From Eledone cirrhosa (taxonomy: Eukaryota): DNA of 64,000 nt. Positions 1-14,659 of the stretch are shown here, one piece after another. A program made the translations under genes and the position numbers. The DNA lies in the NCBI GenBank assembly GCA_964016885.1, contig OZ024740.1, positions 437,162,001 through 437,226,000 of the forward strand, in the 5' to 3' direction. Under the pieces are notes generated by a model. The model was not told the DNA's origin. It made no database searches and worked only from the letters and a program-made list of their open reading frames with translations. Numbering within the stretch: the stretch's first letter is position 1; the number at the start of each line of letters is the position of its first letter.

Positions 1-3000
1 TAGTCTGTGTCTACAGTTGTATACCGTCTATGACTAGTCTGTGTCTACGGTTGTATACCGTCTATGGCTAGTCAGTTCTACAGTTGTATACCCCTTATGA
101 CTAGTCTGTGTCTAGTGTTAAATACCGTCTATGGCTAGTCTGTGTCTATAGTTGTATACCGTCTATGACTAGTCAGTGTCTACAGTTGTATACCGTCTAT
201 GACTAGTCTGTGTCTACAGTTATATACCGTCTATGGCTAGTCAGTGTCTACAGTTGTATTCCGTCTATGACTAGTCTGTGTCTACTGTTGTATACCGTCT
301 ATGACTAGTCAGTGTCTACAGTTGTATACCGTCTATGACTAGTCTCTGTCTACAGTTGTATACCGTCTATGACTAGTCTGTGTCTACAGTTGTATACCGT
401 CTATGGCTATTCAGTGTCTACAGTTGTATACCGCCTATGACTAGTCTGTGTCTACTGTTATGTATCGTCTATGACTAGTCTGTGTCTACTGTTATAAACC
501 GTCTATGACTAGTTAGTGTCTACAGTTGTATACCGTCTATGACTAGTCTGTGTCTACAGTTGTATACGGTCTATGACTAGTCTGTGTCTACTGTTATATA
601 CCGTCTATGGCTAATCTGTGAATAAAGTTGTATACCCTCGATGACTAGTCTCTGTCTACAGTTGTATACCGTCTATGGCTACTGAGTATCTACAGTTGTA
701 TACTGTCTATGACTAGTCTGTGTCTACTGTTGTATACCATCTATGGCTAGTGAGTGTCTACAGTTGTATACGGTCTATGACTAGTCTGTGTCTACTGTTA
801 TATACCGTCTATGGCTAGTCTGTGTCTACAGTTGTATACCGTATATGGCTAGTATGTGTCTACAGTTGTATACCGTCTATGATTAGTTTGTGTCTACAGT
901 TGTATACCGTCTATGACTAGTCTGTGTCTACAGTTGTATACCGTCTATGGCTACTGAGTATCTACAGTTGTATACCGTCTATGACTAGTCTGTGTCTACT
1001 GTTGTATACCATCTATGGCTAGTGAGTGTCTACAGTTGTATACCGTCTATGACTAGTCTGTGTCTATTGTTATATACCGTCTATGGCTAGTCTGTGTCTA
1101 CAGTTGTATACCGTCTATGGCTAGTCAGTGTCTACAGTTGTATACCGTCTATGATTAGTTTGTGTCTACAGTTGTATACCGTCTAAGACTAGTCTGTGTC
1201 TACAGTTGTATACCCTCTATGACTAGTCTCTGTCTACAGTTGTATACCGTCTAGTCTGTGTCTACTTTTATATACCGTCTATGGCTAGTCTGTGTCTACA
1301 GTTGTATACCGTCTGTGGCTAGTCTGTTTCTACTGTTATATACCGTCTATGGCTAGACTGTGTCTACAGTTGTATACCGTCTATGGCTAGTCAGTGTCTA
1401 CAGGTGTATACCGTCTATGACTAGTCTGTGTCTACTGTTATATACCGTCTATGGCTAGTCTGTGTCTACAGTTGCATACCGTCTATGGCTAGTCTCTGTC
1501 TACAGTTGTATACCGTCTATGGCTAGTCAGTGTCTACAGTTGTATACCGTCTATGACTAGTCTGTGTCTACAGATGTATACCATCTATGACTAGTCTGTG
1601 TCTACTGTTATATACCGTCCCTGACTAGTCTGTGTCTACAGTTGTATACCGTCTATGACTAGTCTGTGTCTACAGTTGTATACCGCCTATGACTAGTCTG
1701 TGTCTACAGTTGTATACCATCTATGACTAGTCTGTGTCTACTGTTATATACCGTCCCTGACTAGTCTGTGTCTACATTTGTATTCCGCCTATGAGTAGTC
1801 TGTGTCTGCAGTTGTATACCGTCTATGACTAGTCTGTGTCTACTGCTATATACCGTCTATGACTAGTCTGTGTCAACAGTTGTATACCGTCTATGACTAG
1901 AATGTGTCTACAGTTGTATACCGCCTCTGACTAGTCTGTGTCTACAGTTGTATACCGTCTATGACTATTCTCTGTCTACAGTTATATACCGTCTATGTCT
2001 AGTCAGTGTCTACAGTTATATATGGTCTATGACTAGTCTTGGTCTACAGTTGTATACCGTCTAAGACTTGTCTGTGTCTACAGTTATATACCCTCTATGA
2101 CTAGTCTGTGTCTACTGTTATATACCGTCTATGACTAGTCTCTGTCTACAGTTGTATACCGTCTATGACTAGTTAGTGACTACAGTTGTATACCGTCTAT
2201 GGCTATTCAGTGTCTACAGTTGTATACCGTCTATGACTAGTCTGTGTCTACAGTTGTATACCGTCTATGACTAGTCTGTGTCTACAGTTGTATACCGTCT
2301 ATGATTAGTCTGTGTCTACAGTTGTATACCGTTTATGACTAGGCTGTGTCTACTGTTATATACCGTCTATGACTAGTCTCTGTCTAGAGTTGTATACCGT
2401 CTATGTCTAGTTAGTGACTACAGTTGTATACCGTCTATGGCTATTCAGTGTCTACAGTTGTATACCGTCTATGACTATTCTGTGTCTACAGTTGTATACC
2501 GTCTATGACTAGTCTGTGTCTACAGTTGTATACCGTCTATGATTAGTCTGTGTCTACAGTTGTATACCGTTTATGGCTAGGCTGTGTCTACTGTTATATA
2601 CCGTCTATGACTAGTCTGTGTCTACAGTTGTATACCGTCTATGGCTAGTCTGTGTCTACAATTGTATACCGTCTATGACTAGTCTGTGTCTACAGTTATA
2701 TACCGTCTATGACTAGTTTGTGTCTACAGTTGTATACCGTCTATGTCAAGTTGTGTCTACAGTTATATACCGTTCATGACTTGTCTGTGTCTAAAGTTGT
2801 ATACCGTCTATGACTAGTCTCTGTCTACAGTTGTATACCGTCTATGACTAGTAAGTGTCTAGAGTTGTATACCGTCTATGTCTAGTTAGTGACTACAGTT
2901 GTATACCGTCTATGGCTATTCAGTGTCTACAGTTGTATACCGTCTATGACTAGTCTGTGTCTACAGTTGTATACCGTCTATGACTAGTCTGTGTCTACAG

Positions 3001-6000
3001 TTGTATACCGTCTATGATTAGTCTGTGTCTACAGTTGTATACCTCTATGATTAGTCTGTGTCTACAGTTGTATACCGTTTATGACTAGGCTGTGTCTACT
3101 GTTATATACCGTCTATGACTAGTTTGTGTCTACAGTTGTATACCGTCTATGTCAAGTTGTGTCTACAGTTATATACCGTTCATGACTTGTCTGTGTCTAA
3201 AGTTGTATACCGTCTATGACTAGTCTCTGTCTACAGTTGTATACCGTCTATGACTAGTAAGTGTCTAGAGTTGTATACCGTCTATGTCTAGTTAGTGACT
3301 ACAGTTGTATACCGTCTATGGCTATTCAGTGTCTACAGTTGTATACCGTCTATGACTAGTCTGTGTCTACAGTTGTATACCGTCTATGACTAGTCTGTGT
3401 CTACAGTTGTATACCGTCTATGACTAGTCAGTGTCTACAGTTGTATACCGTCTATGGCTAGTCAGTGTCTACAGTTGTATACCGTCTATGGCTAGTCAGT
3501 GTGTCTACAGTTGTATACCGTCTATGACTAGTCTGTGTCTACAGTTGTATACCATCTATGACTAGTCTGTGTCTACTGTTATATACCGTCCCTGACTAGT
3601 CTGTGTCTACAGTCTAATACCGTCTCTGACTAGTCTGTGTCTACAGTTGTATACCGTCTATGATTAGTCTGTGTCTACAGTTGTATACCGTTTATGACTA
3701 GGCTGTGTCTCCTGTTATATACCGTCTATGACTAGTCAGTGTCTACAGTTGTATACCGTCTATGACTAGTCTGTGTCTACAGTTGTATACCGTCTATGAT
3801 TAGTCTGTGTCTACAGTTGTATACCGTTTATGACTAGGCTGTGTCTACTGTTATATACCGTCTATGACTAGTCTGTGTTTACTGTTGTATACCGTCTATG
3901 ACTAGTCTGTGTCTACAGATGTATACCGTCTATGGCTATTGAGTATCTACAGTTGTATACCGTCTATGGCCAATCAGTGTCTACTGTTATATACCGTCTA
4001 TGACTAGTCTGTGTTTACTGTTGTATACCGTCTATGACTAGTCTGTGTCTACAGATGTATACCGTCTATGGCTATTGAGTATCTACAGTTGTATACCGTC
4101 TATGGCCAATCAGTGTCTACAGTTGTATACCGTCTATGGCTAGTCTCTGTCTACAGTTGTATACCGTCTATGGCTAGTCAGTGTCTACAGTTGTATACCG
4201 TCTATGACTAGTCTGTGCCTACAGTTGTATACCATCTATGACTAGTCTGTGTCTACTGTTATATACCGTCCCTGACTAGTCTGTGTCTACAGTCTAATAC
4301 CGCCTATGACTAGTCTGTGTCTACAGTTGTATACCGTCTCTGACTTGTCTGTGTCTACAGTTGTATACCGCCTATGACTAGTCTGTGTCTACAGTTGTAT
4401 ACCATCTATGACTAGTCTGTGTCTACTGTTATATACCGTCCCTGACTAGTCTGTGTCTACAGTTGTATACCGCCTATGAGTAGTCTGTGTCTGCAGATGT
4501 ATAACGTCTATGATTAGTCTGTGTCTACTACTATATACCGTCTATGACTAGTCTGTGTCAACAGTTGTATACCGTCTATGACTAGTCTGTGTCTACAGTT
4601 GTATACCGCCTATGACTAGTCTGTGTCTACAGTTGTATACCGCCTATGACTAGTCTGTGTCAACAGCTGTATACCGTCTATGACTAGTGTGTGTCTACTG
4701 TTATATACCGTCTATGACTATTCTCTGTCTACAGTTATATACCGTCCATGACTAGTCTGTGTCTACAGTTGTATACCGTCTATGACTAGTCTGTGTCTAC
4801 AGTTGTATACCATCTATCACTAGTCTGTGTCTACTCTTATATACCGTCCCTGACTAGTCTGTGTCAACAGTTGTATACCGCCTATGAGTAGTCTGTGTCT
4901 GCAGTTGTATACTGTCTATGACTAGTCTGTGTCTACAGTTGTATACCGCCTATGACTAGTCTGTGTCTACAGATGTATACCGTCTATGACTAGTCTGTGT
5001 CAACAGCTGTATACCGTCTATGACTAGTCTGTGTCTACAGTTATATACCGTCTATGGCTAGTCAGTGTCTACAGTTATATATCGTCTATGACTAGTCTTG
5101 GTCTACAGTTGTATTCCATCTATGACTAGTCTGTGTCTACAGTTGTATACCGTCTATGACTAGTCTCTGTCTACAGTTGTATACCGTCTATGACTAGTCA
5201 GTGTCTAGAGTTGTATACCGACTATGTGTAGTCAGTGTCTACAGTTGTATACCGTCTATGGCTAGTCAGTGTCTACAGTTGTATACCGTCTATGACTGGT
5301 CTGTGTCTACAGGTGTATAGCGTCTATGACTAGGCTGTGTCTGCTGTTATATACCGTCTATGACTAGTCTGTGTCTACAGTTGTATACCGTCTATGACTA
5401 GTCTGTGTCTACAGTTGTATACCGTCTATGGCTAATCAGTGTCTACAGCTGTATACCGTCTATGACTAGTCAGTGTCTACTGTTGTATACCGTCTATGAC
5501 TAGTTACTGTCTACAGTTGTATACCATCTATGACTAATCTCTGTCTACAGTTGTATACCGTCTAAGACTAGTTTGTGTCTACAGTTGTATACCGTCTATG
5601 GCTAGTCAGTGTCTACAGTTGTATACCGCCTATGACTAGTCTGTGTCTACTGTTATATACCGTCTATTGCTAGTCTGTGTCTACAGGTGTATACCGTCGA
5701 TGACTAGTCTGTGTCTACAATTGTATACCGTCTATGGCTAGTCAGTGTCTACAGTTGTATACCGTCTATGACTAGTTTGTGTCTACAGTTATATACCGTC
5801 TATGACTAGTTTGTGTCTACAGTTGTATACCGTCTATGTCGAGTTGTGTCTACAGTTATATACCGTTCATGACTTGTCTGTGTCTACAGTTGTATACCGT
5901 CTATCACAAGTCTGTGTCTACAGATGTATACCGTCTATGACTAGTCTCTGTCTACATTTGTATACCGTCTATGACTAGTAAGTGTCTAGAGTTGTATACC

Positions 6001-9000
6001 GTCTATGTCTAGTTAGTGTCTACAGTTGTATACCGTCTATGGCTATTCAGTGTCTACAGTTGTATACCGTCTATGACTAGTCTGTGTCTATAGTTGTATA
6101 CCGTCTATGATTAGTCTGTGTCTACAGTTGTATACCGTTTATGACTAGGCTGTGTCTACTGTTATATACCGTATATGACTACTCTGTGTCTACAGTTTTA
6201 TACCGTATATGACTAGTTAGTGTCTACAGCTTTATACCGTCTATGACTAGTCTGTGTCTACAGTTGTATACCGTCTATGATTAGTCTGTGTCTACAGTTG
6301 TATACCGTTTATGAATAGGCTGTGTCTACTGTTATATACCGTCTATGACTAGTCTGTGTCTACAGTTGTATACCGTATATGACTAGTTAGTGTCTACAGT
6401 TGTATACCGTCTATGACTAGTCTGTGTCTACAGTTGTATACCGTCTATGATTAATCTGTGTCTACAGTTGTATACCGTTTATGACTAGGCTGTGTCTACT
6501 GTTATATACCGTCTATGACTAGTCTGTGTCTACAGTTGTATACCGTCTATGACTAGTCTGTGTCTACAGTTGTATACCGTCTATGGCTAGTCAGTGTCTA
6601 TAGTTGTATACAGTCTATGATAAGTCTGTGTCTACAGTTGTATACCGTTTATGACTAGGCTGTGTCTCCTGTTATATACCTTCTATGACTAGTCTGTGTC
6701 TACAGTTGTATACCGTCTATGACTACTCAGTGTCTACAGTTGTATACCGTCTATGACTAGTCTGTGTCTACAATTGTATACCGTCTATGATTAGTCTGTG
6801 TCTACAGTTGTATACCGTTTACGACTAGGGTGTGTCTACTGTTATATACCGTCTATGACTAGTCTGTGTCTACAGTTGTATACCGTCTATGACTAGTCTG
6901 TGTCTACTGTTATATACCGGCTATGACTAGTCAGTGTCTACAGTTGTATACCGTCTATGACTAGTCAGTGTCTACAGTTGTATACCGTCTATGGCTAGTC
7001 AGTGTCTACAGTTGTATACCGTCTATGACTAGTCTGTGTTTACTGTTGTATACCGGCTATGACTAGTCAGTGTCTACAGTTGTATACCGTCTATGACTAG
7101 TCTCTGTCTGCAGTTGTATACCATCTATGACTAGTCTGTGTCTACAGTTGTATACCGTCTATGGTTATTCAGTGTCTACAGTTGTATACCGCCTATGACT
7201 AGTTTGTGTCTACTGTTATATATCGTCTATGACTAGTCTGTGTCTACTGGTGTATACCGTCTATGACTAGTCAGTGTCTACAGTTGTATACCGTCTATGA
7301 CTAGTCTGTGTCTACAGTTGTATACCGTCTATGGCTAGTGAGTATCTACAGTTGTATACCGTCTATGACTAGTCTGTGTCTACTGTTGTATACCGTCTAT
7401 GGCTAGTCTGTGTCTACAGTTGTATACTGTTTATGACTTGTCTGTGTCTACAGTTGTATACCGTCTATCATTAGTCTGTGTCTACAGGTTTATATCCTCT
7501 ATGACTAGTCTCTGTCTACAGTTGTATACCGTCTATGACTAGTCTGTGTCTAGAGTTGTATACCGTCTATGTCTAGTCAGTGTCTACAGTTGTATACCGT
7601 CTATGGCTAGTGAGTGTCTACAGTTGTATACCGTCTATGACTGGTCTGTGTCGACAGGTGTATACCGTCTATGACTAGGCAGCGTATGCTGTTATATACC
7701 GTCTATGACTAGTCTGTGTCTACAGTTGTATACCGTCTATGACTAGTGTGTGTCTACAGTTGTATACCGTCTATGGCTAGTCAGTGTCTACAGTTGTATA
7801 CGGTCTATGACTAGTCTGTGTCTACTGTTGTATACCGTCTATGAATAGTCAGTGTCTACAGTTGTATACCGTCTATGACTAGTCTCTGTCTACAGTTGTA
7901 TACCGTCTATGTCTAGTCTGTGTCTACAGTTGTATACCGTCTATGGCTAGTCACTTCTACAGTTGTATACCGCTTATGACTAGTCTGTGTCTACAGTTGT
8001 ATACCGTCTATGACTAGTCAGTGTCTACAGTTGTATACCGTCTATGACTAGTCTGTGTCTTCAGTTGTATACCGTCTATGGCTAGTTAGTGTCTACAGTT
8101 GTATACCGTCTATGACTAGTCTGTGTCTACAGTTGTATACCGTCTATGGCTAGTCAGTGTCTACAGTTGTATACCGTCTATGGCTAGTCAGTGTCTACAG
8201 TTGTATACCGTCTATGACTAGTCTGTGTCTACTGTTATATATCGTCTATGACTAGTCTGTGTCTACTGTTATATACCGTCTATGACTTGTCTGTGTCTAC
8301 TGTTGTATACCGTCTATGACTAGTCTGTGTCTACTGTTATATACCGTCTATGGCTAGTCTGTGTCTACAGTTGTATACCGTATATGACTAGTCTGTGTCT
8401 ACAGTTGTATACCGTCTATGGCTAGTCAATGTCTACAGTTGTATACCGTCTATGACTAGTCTGTGTCTCCAGTTATATACCGTCTATGACTAGTCAGTGT
8501 CTACAGTTGTATACCGTCTATGACGAGTCTGTGTCTACTGTCATATACCGTTTACGACTTGTCTGTGTCTACAGTTGTATACCGTCTATCACTAGTCTGT
8601 GTCTACAGTTGTATACCGTCTATGACTAGTCTGTGTTTACTGTTGTATACCGTCTATGACTAGTCAGTGTCTACAGTTGTATACCGTCTATGACTAGTCT
8701 CTGTCTGCAGTTGTATACCGTCTATGACTACTCTGTGTCTACAGTTGTATACCGTCTATGTCTATTCAGTGTCTACAGTTGTATACCGTCTATGACTAGT
8801 CTCTGTCTGCAGTTGTATACCGTCTATGACTACTCTGTGTCTACAGTTGTATACCGTCTATGGCTAGTCAGTGTCTACAGTTGTATACCGCCTATGACTA
8901 GTTTGTGTCTACTCTTATATATCGTCTATGACTAGTCTGTGTCTACTGTTATATACCGTCTATGACTAGTCAGTGTCTACAGTTGTATACCGTCTATGAC

Positions 9001-12000
9001 TAGTCTCTGTCTACAGTTGTATACCGTCTATGTCTAGTCTGTGTCTACAGTTGTATACCGTCTATGGCTAGTCACTTCTACAGTTGTATACCGCTTATGA
9101 CTAGTCTGTGTCTACAGTTGTATACCGTCTATGACTAGTCAGTGTCTACAGTTGTATACCGTCTATGACTAGTCTGTGTCTACAGTTGTATACCGTCTAT
9201 GGGTAGTTAGTGTCTACAGTTGTATACCGTCTATGACTAGTCTGTGTCTAGAGTTGTATACCGTCTATGGCTAGTCAGTGTCTACAGTTGTATACCGTCT
9301 ATTACTAGTCTGTGTCTACTGTTATATATTGTCTATGACAAGTCTGTGTCTACTGTTATATACCGTTTATGACTAGTCAGTGTCTACAGTTGTATACCGT
9401 CTATGACTAGTCTGTGTCTACAGTTGTATACCGTCTATGACTAGTCTGTGTCTACTGTTATATACCGTCTATGGCTAGTCTGTGACTACAGTTGTATATC
9501 GTCTATGACTTGTCTGTGTCTACAGTTGTATACCGTCTATGACTAGTCTCTGTCTACTGTTATATACCGTCTATGGCTAGTCTGTGTCTAGAGTTGTATA
9601 CCGTCTATGACTAGTCTGTGTCTACAGTTGTATACCGTCTATGGCTAGTCAATGTCTACAGTTGTATACCGTCTATGACTAGTCTGTGTCTCAAGTTATA
9701 TACCGTCTATGACTAGTCAGTGTCTACAGTTGTATACCGTCTATGACGAGTCTGTGTCTACTGTTATATACCGTTTATGACTTGTCTCTGTCTACAGTTG
9801 TATACCGTCTATCACTAGTCTGTGTCTACAGTTGTATACCGTCTATGACTAGTTTCTGTCTACAGTTGTATACCGTCTATGACTAGTCAGTGTCTAGAGT
9901 TGTATACCGTCTATGTCCAGTCAGTATCTACAGTTGTATACCATCTATGGCTAGTCAGTGTCTACATGTGTATACCGTCTATCACTAGGCTGTGTCTGCT
10001 CTTATATACCGTCTATGACTAGTCTGTGTCTACAGTTGTATACCGTCTATGACTATTCTGTGTCTACAGTTGTATACCGTCTATGGCTAGTGAGTGTCTA
10101 CAGTTGTATACGTCTATGACTAGTCTGTGTCTACTGTTGTATACCGTCTATGACTAGTCAGTGTCTACAGTTGTATACCGTCTATGACTAGTCTGTGTCT
10201 ACTGTTGTATACCGTCTATGACTAGTCTATGTCTACAGTTGTATACCGTGTATGACTAGTCTCTGTCTACAGTTGTATACCGTCTATGACTAGTCTGTGT
10301 CTACAGTTGTATACCGTCTATGACTAGTCTGTGTCTACAGTTGTATACCGTCTATGACTTGTCTATGTCTACAATTGTAAGCCGTCTATGACTAGTCTGT
10401 GTCTACAGTTGTATACCGTCTATGACTAGTCTGTGTGTACAGTTGTATACCGTCTATGGCTAGTATGTGTCTACTGTTATATATCGTCTATGACTAGTCT
10501 GTGTCTACAGTTGTATACCGTCTATGACTAGTCTGTGTCTACAGTTGTATACCGTCTATGACTAGTCTGTGTCTACAGTTGTATACCGTCTATGGCTAGT
10601 CTGTGTCTACAGTTGTATACCGTCTATGACTAGTAGGTGTCTACAGTCTAATACGTCTATGACCAGTCTCTGTCTACAGTTGTATACCGTCTATGGCTAG
10701 TATATGTCTACAGTTGTATACCGTCTATGGCTAGTCAGTGTCTACAGTTGTATACCGCCTATGACTGGTCTGTGTCTACAGTTGTATACCGTCTATGACT
10801 AGTCGGTGTCTACAGTTGTATACCGTCTATGACTAGTCTGTGTCTATAGTTGTATACCGCCTATGACTAGTCTGTGTCTACTGTTATATACCGTCCTTGA
10901 CTAGTCTGTATCTACAGTTGTATACCACCTATGACTAGTTTGTGTCTACAGTTGTATACCGTCTATGGCTAGTCTGTGTCTATTGTTATATACCGTCTAT
11001 GACTAGTCAGTGTCTCCAGTTATATACCGTGTATGGCTAGTCAGCGTCTACAGTTGTATACCGTCTATGACTAGTCTGTGTCTACAGTTTTATACCGTCT
11101 ATGACTAGTCTGTGTCTACAGTTTTATACCGTCTATGACTAGTCTGTGTCTACAGTTATATACCGTCTATGACTAGTCTGTGTCTACAGTTGTATACCTT
11201 CTATGGCTAGTGTCTGTCTACAGTTGTATACCGTCTATGACTGGTCTGTGTCCTCAGTTGTATACCGTCTATGACTAGTCTGTGTCTACAGTTGTATACC
11301 GTCTATGACTAGTGTGTGTCTACAGTTGTATATCGTCTATGACTAGTCTGTGTATACAGTTGCATACCGCCTATGACTAGTCTGTGTCTACTGTTATATA
11401 CCGTCTATGACTAGTCTGTGTCTACTGTTATATACCGTCTATGACTTGTCTGTGTCTACAGTTGTATACCGACTATGACTAGTCTATGTCTACTGTTATA
11501 TACCGTCTATGACTAGTCTGTGTCTACAGTTTTATACCGTCTATGGCTAGTCAGTATCTACAGTTGTATACCGTCTAGGACTAGTCTGTGATTACAGTTG
11601 TATACCGTCTATGGCTAGTCTGTGTCTACAGTTGTATACCGTCTATGACTAGTCTGTGTCTACAGTTGTATACCGCCTATGACTATTCTGTGTCTACAGT
11701 TGTATACCGTCTATGACTAGTCTGTGTCTACAGTTTCATACCGTCTATGACTTGTCTGTGTCTATAGTTGTATACCGTCTATGACTTGTCTGTCTACTGT
11801 TATATATCGTCTATGACTAGCTGTGTCTACAGTTGTATACCGTCTATGACTAGTCTGTGTCTATAGTTTTATACCGTCGATGACTAGTCTGTGTCTAGAG
11901 TTTTATACCGTCTATGACTAGTCTGTGTCTACAGTTGTATACCGCCTATGACTAGTCTGTGTCTACAGTTGTATACCGTCTATGACTAGTCTGTGTCTAC

Positions 12001-13008
12001 TGTTGTATACCGTCTATGGCTAATCAGTGTCTACAGTTGTATACCGTCTATGACTAGTCTGTGTCTACAGTTGTATACCGTTATATGACTAGTCTGTCTC
12101 TCCAATTGTATACCGTCTATGACTAGTCTCTGTCTACAATTGTATACCGTCTATGATTAGTCTGTGTCTAGAGTTGTATACCGCCTATGACTAGTCTGTG
12201 TCTACTGTTATATATCGTATATGACTCGTCTGTGTCTACAGTTGTATACCGTCTATGACTAGTCTGTCTCTACAATTGTATACCGTCTATGACTAGTCTC
12301 TCTCTACAATTGTATACCGTCTATGATTAGTCTGTGTCTACAGTTGTATACCGCCTATGACTAGTCTGTGTCTACTGTTATATATCGTATATGACTCGTC
12401 TGTGTCTACAGTTGTATAACATTTATGACTAGTCTGTGTCTACAGTTGTATACCGTCTATGACTAGTCTGTGTCTACAGTTGTATACCGTCTATTACTAG
12501 TCTGTGTCTACAGTTTCATACCGTCTATGACTTGTCTGTGTCTACAGTTGTATACCGTCTATGACTTGTCTGTGTCTACTGTTATATATCGTCTATGACT
12601 AGTCTGTGTCTACAGTTGTATACCGTCTATGACTAGTCTGTGTCTCCAGTTTTATACCGTCTATGACTAGTCTGTGTCTAGAGTTTTATACCGTCTATGA
12701 CTAGTCTGTGTCTAGAGTTTTATACCGTCTATGACTAGTCTGTGTCTACAGTTCTATACCGCCTATGACTAGTCTGTGTCTACAGTTGTATACCGTCAGT
12801 GACTAGTCTGTGTCTACAGTTGTATACCGTCTATGACTATTCTGTGTCTACTGTTGTATACCGTCTATGGCTAATCAGTATCTACAGTTGTGTACCGTCT
12901 ATGACTAGTCTGTGTCTACTGTTGTTTACCGTCTATGACTAGTCTGTGTCTACAGTTGTATACCGTCTATGACCAGTATCTGTCTACAATTGTATACCGT
13001 CTATGACT
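1..13008. repeat. 34-bp tandem satellite, about 380 copies, runs off the left edge
   Basis: Consensus ATGACTAGTCTGTGTCTACAGTTGTATACCGTCT with period 34 (TAGTCT at 1 and 35). Point variants only, no unique spacers. Variant blocks recur (e.g. GTCAAGTTG...GTTCATGACTTG near 2746 and 3151, a close variant near 5838), suggesting local higher-order amplification. Confidence 0.98.
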
Positions 13009-13126
13009 TGCCATGTTTTTATTTTGTAAAATTCAAATATATTATATATATATTTAGCCAGGTGTGCCGCTATTTTTTCCTGTGTTCCAAGGTGTGCCGC
13101 TGGCAAAGAAACGTTGAGAACCTCTG
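13009..13126. mobile_element. Probable right end of a non-autonomous hAT (Charlie-like) DNA transposon
   Basis: GTTGAGAACCTCTG (13113-13126) is the reverse complement of CAGAGGTTCTCAAC, close to the Charlie-type TIR CAGTGGTTCTCAAC. Two subterminal GGTGTGCCGC repeats (13061, 13091). Followed by GTCTAACT, partly resembling the NTCTAGAN target. Confidence 0.55.
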
Positions 13127-13179
13127 GTCTAACTCAACACAGAAACGGAATTCTTATATAAGTTTACCATTTCCACATT

Positions 13180-13391
13180 CCACCACCACCACCACCACCA
13201 CCACCCCTCCACACCCACTACCATCACCATGCCCTCCACACACACACCACCACCACCACCACCACCACCACCACCCCTCCACACCCACTACCATCACCAT
13301 GCCCTCCACACACACACCACCACCACCACCACCACCACCAACACCCCCTCCACACACACACACACACACCCGCCACCGCCGTCGTCGTCGT
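13180..13391. repeat. (CAC)n/(CA)n compound microsatellite with internal duplication
   Basis: Direct reading. It accounts for the poly-Pro/His/Thr ORFs in the track. Confidence 0.95.
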
Positions 13392-13762
13392 TTATATTTT
13401 TAAACGTTCCGAGTGTAACTAACATCAACAATTTTCGACAGGAAATTTCATGAAGAACAAAACCTTTTTTCGCCATTGCTTCATCTCGCTGGAGATTATC
13501 CTCTTCAGTATATTAACGTCACTTTTTATCTTGTCAAACCTTTTTATTCAGTTAACTTTATATTCAACCATCAGTAAAATAATAATAATAATGGCTTTAT
13601 CATATCTTTCAAACACGAGATTCTGATCTGGGGATTAGATATTTTTCATGGTAGGGGATATCTTTTCAACAATTGCTGAGGTTCTTAGTAAACAAAAGAC
13701 AAACTAAGTAACATGCATGAAATTAGGAATCTTGATGTTTTGTTTTGGTTTTTGGTCTGTTT

Positions 13763-13794
<32 letters not shown>

Positions 13795-14333
13795 GGTAGT
13801 AATGGCGGTGATGGCGGCAGTTTCGTTTTCCTAAAGTCATTGAACGATTCAATCCATTTTCCTACATAATTGATCCATGTCTTTTCCCAGCTTTCTATTC
13901 TAGTATATTCAGCCAAGTCTTGCTAACACTACCATTATTGACAATATTATACATTTATATACTTTTACCAATATATTCTACCTTTTCTTTATTTTTTTAT
14001 GAAGATAATTTCATGTTTACTTATTTGTAGTCATCTACTTCTTCAAATCTGTTCCCCCATCAATTACAGTCCCCGTAGATATTGTTGCTTTTTATTTAAT
14101 CAAACAAAAACTGAAAGGTATGGCTAAAGATAGGCCCACATAGCATAACTGGTATTTGATCAACTAGGAACTCTAATATACAATCTTGACAAAAGACGTG
14201 CTCAAGAAAACCCTATCCCTACTTCCACCACAGCATCACAATAACTTTGATATCATTCTGTGTCTCTATCTTCTCAAATTTTGGATTTTTATTGTTGCCA
14301 TTCTTCTACTTGTTCAACGTTTCCTTTACCTGG

Positions 14334-14505
14334 GAATCAAGGTAAAACTCTCCTCCTGTCAATCAAGGTATCCTCCTGTCAATCAAGGTATAACTCTCCT
14401 CCTGTCAATCAATGTATCCCCCTGTCAATCAATGTATCCCCCTGTCAATCAAGGTCTCCTGTCAATCATGGTATAACTCTCCTCCTGTCAATCAAGGTAT
14501 AACTC
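14334..14505. repeat. Short minisatellite (CTCCTGTCAATCAAGGTAT-like, 18-24 bp units, about 8 copies)
   Basis: Repeated CCTGTCAATCA cores. Confidence 0.85.
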
Positions 14506-14659
14506 TGCCCCCGACGAGATGAAGAATGGAAGAGACTGAAGTCACTAGGATAAATTCAGTTCTATCTCAATCGTCGAAACCGATGAAACTGAACCAAAGA
14601 CTTCCATACGTACATAATATATATCTCCCTCCACCATTCAAGAGAGAGAGACAGTTTTC

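Noticed and set aside
1-13008. CRISPR-like array (34-bp partly palindromic repeats)
   Set aside because: Monomers are contiguous with no unique spacers, there are no cas genes, and the context is eukaryotic.
13400-14100. Protein-like minus-strand snippets (e.g. EYIGKS, ESWEKTWINYVGKW) as a host exon or GIY-YIG
   Set aside because: Short, interrupted by stops, with no splice-site or domain support I can verify.
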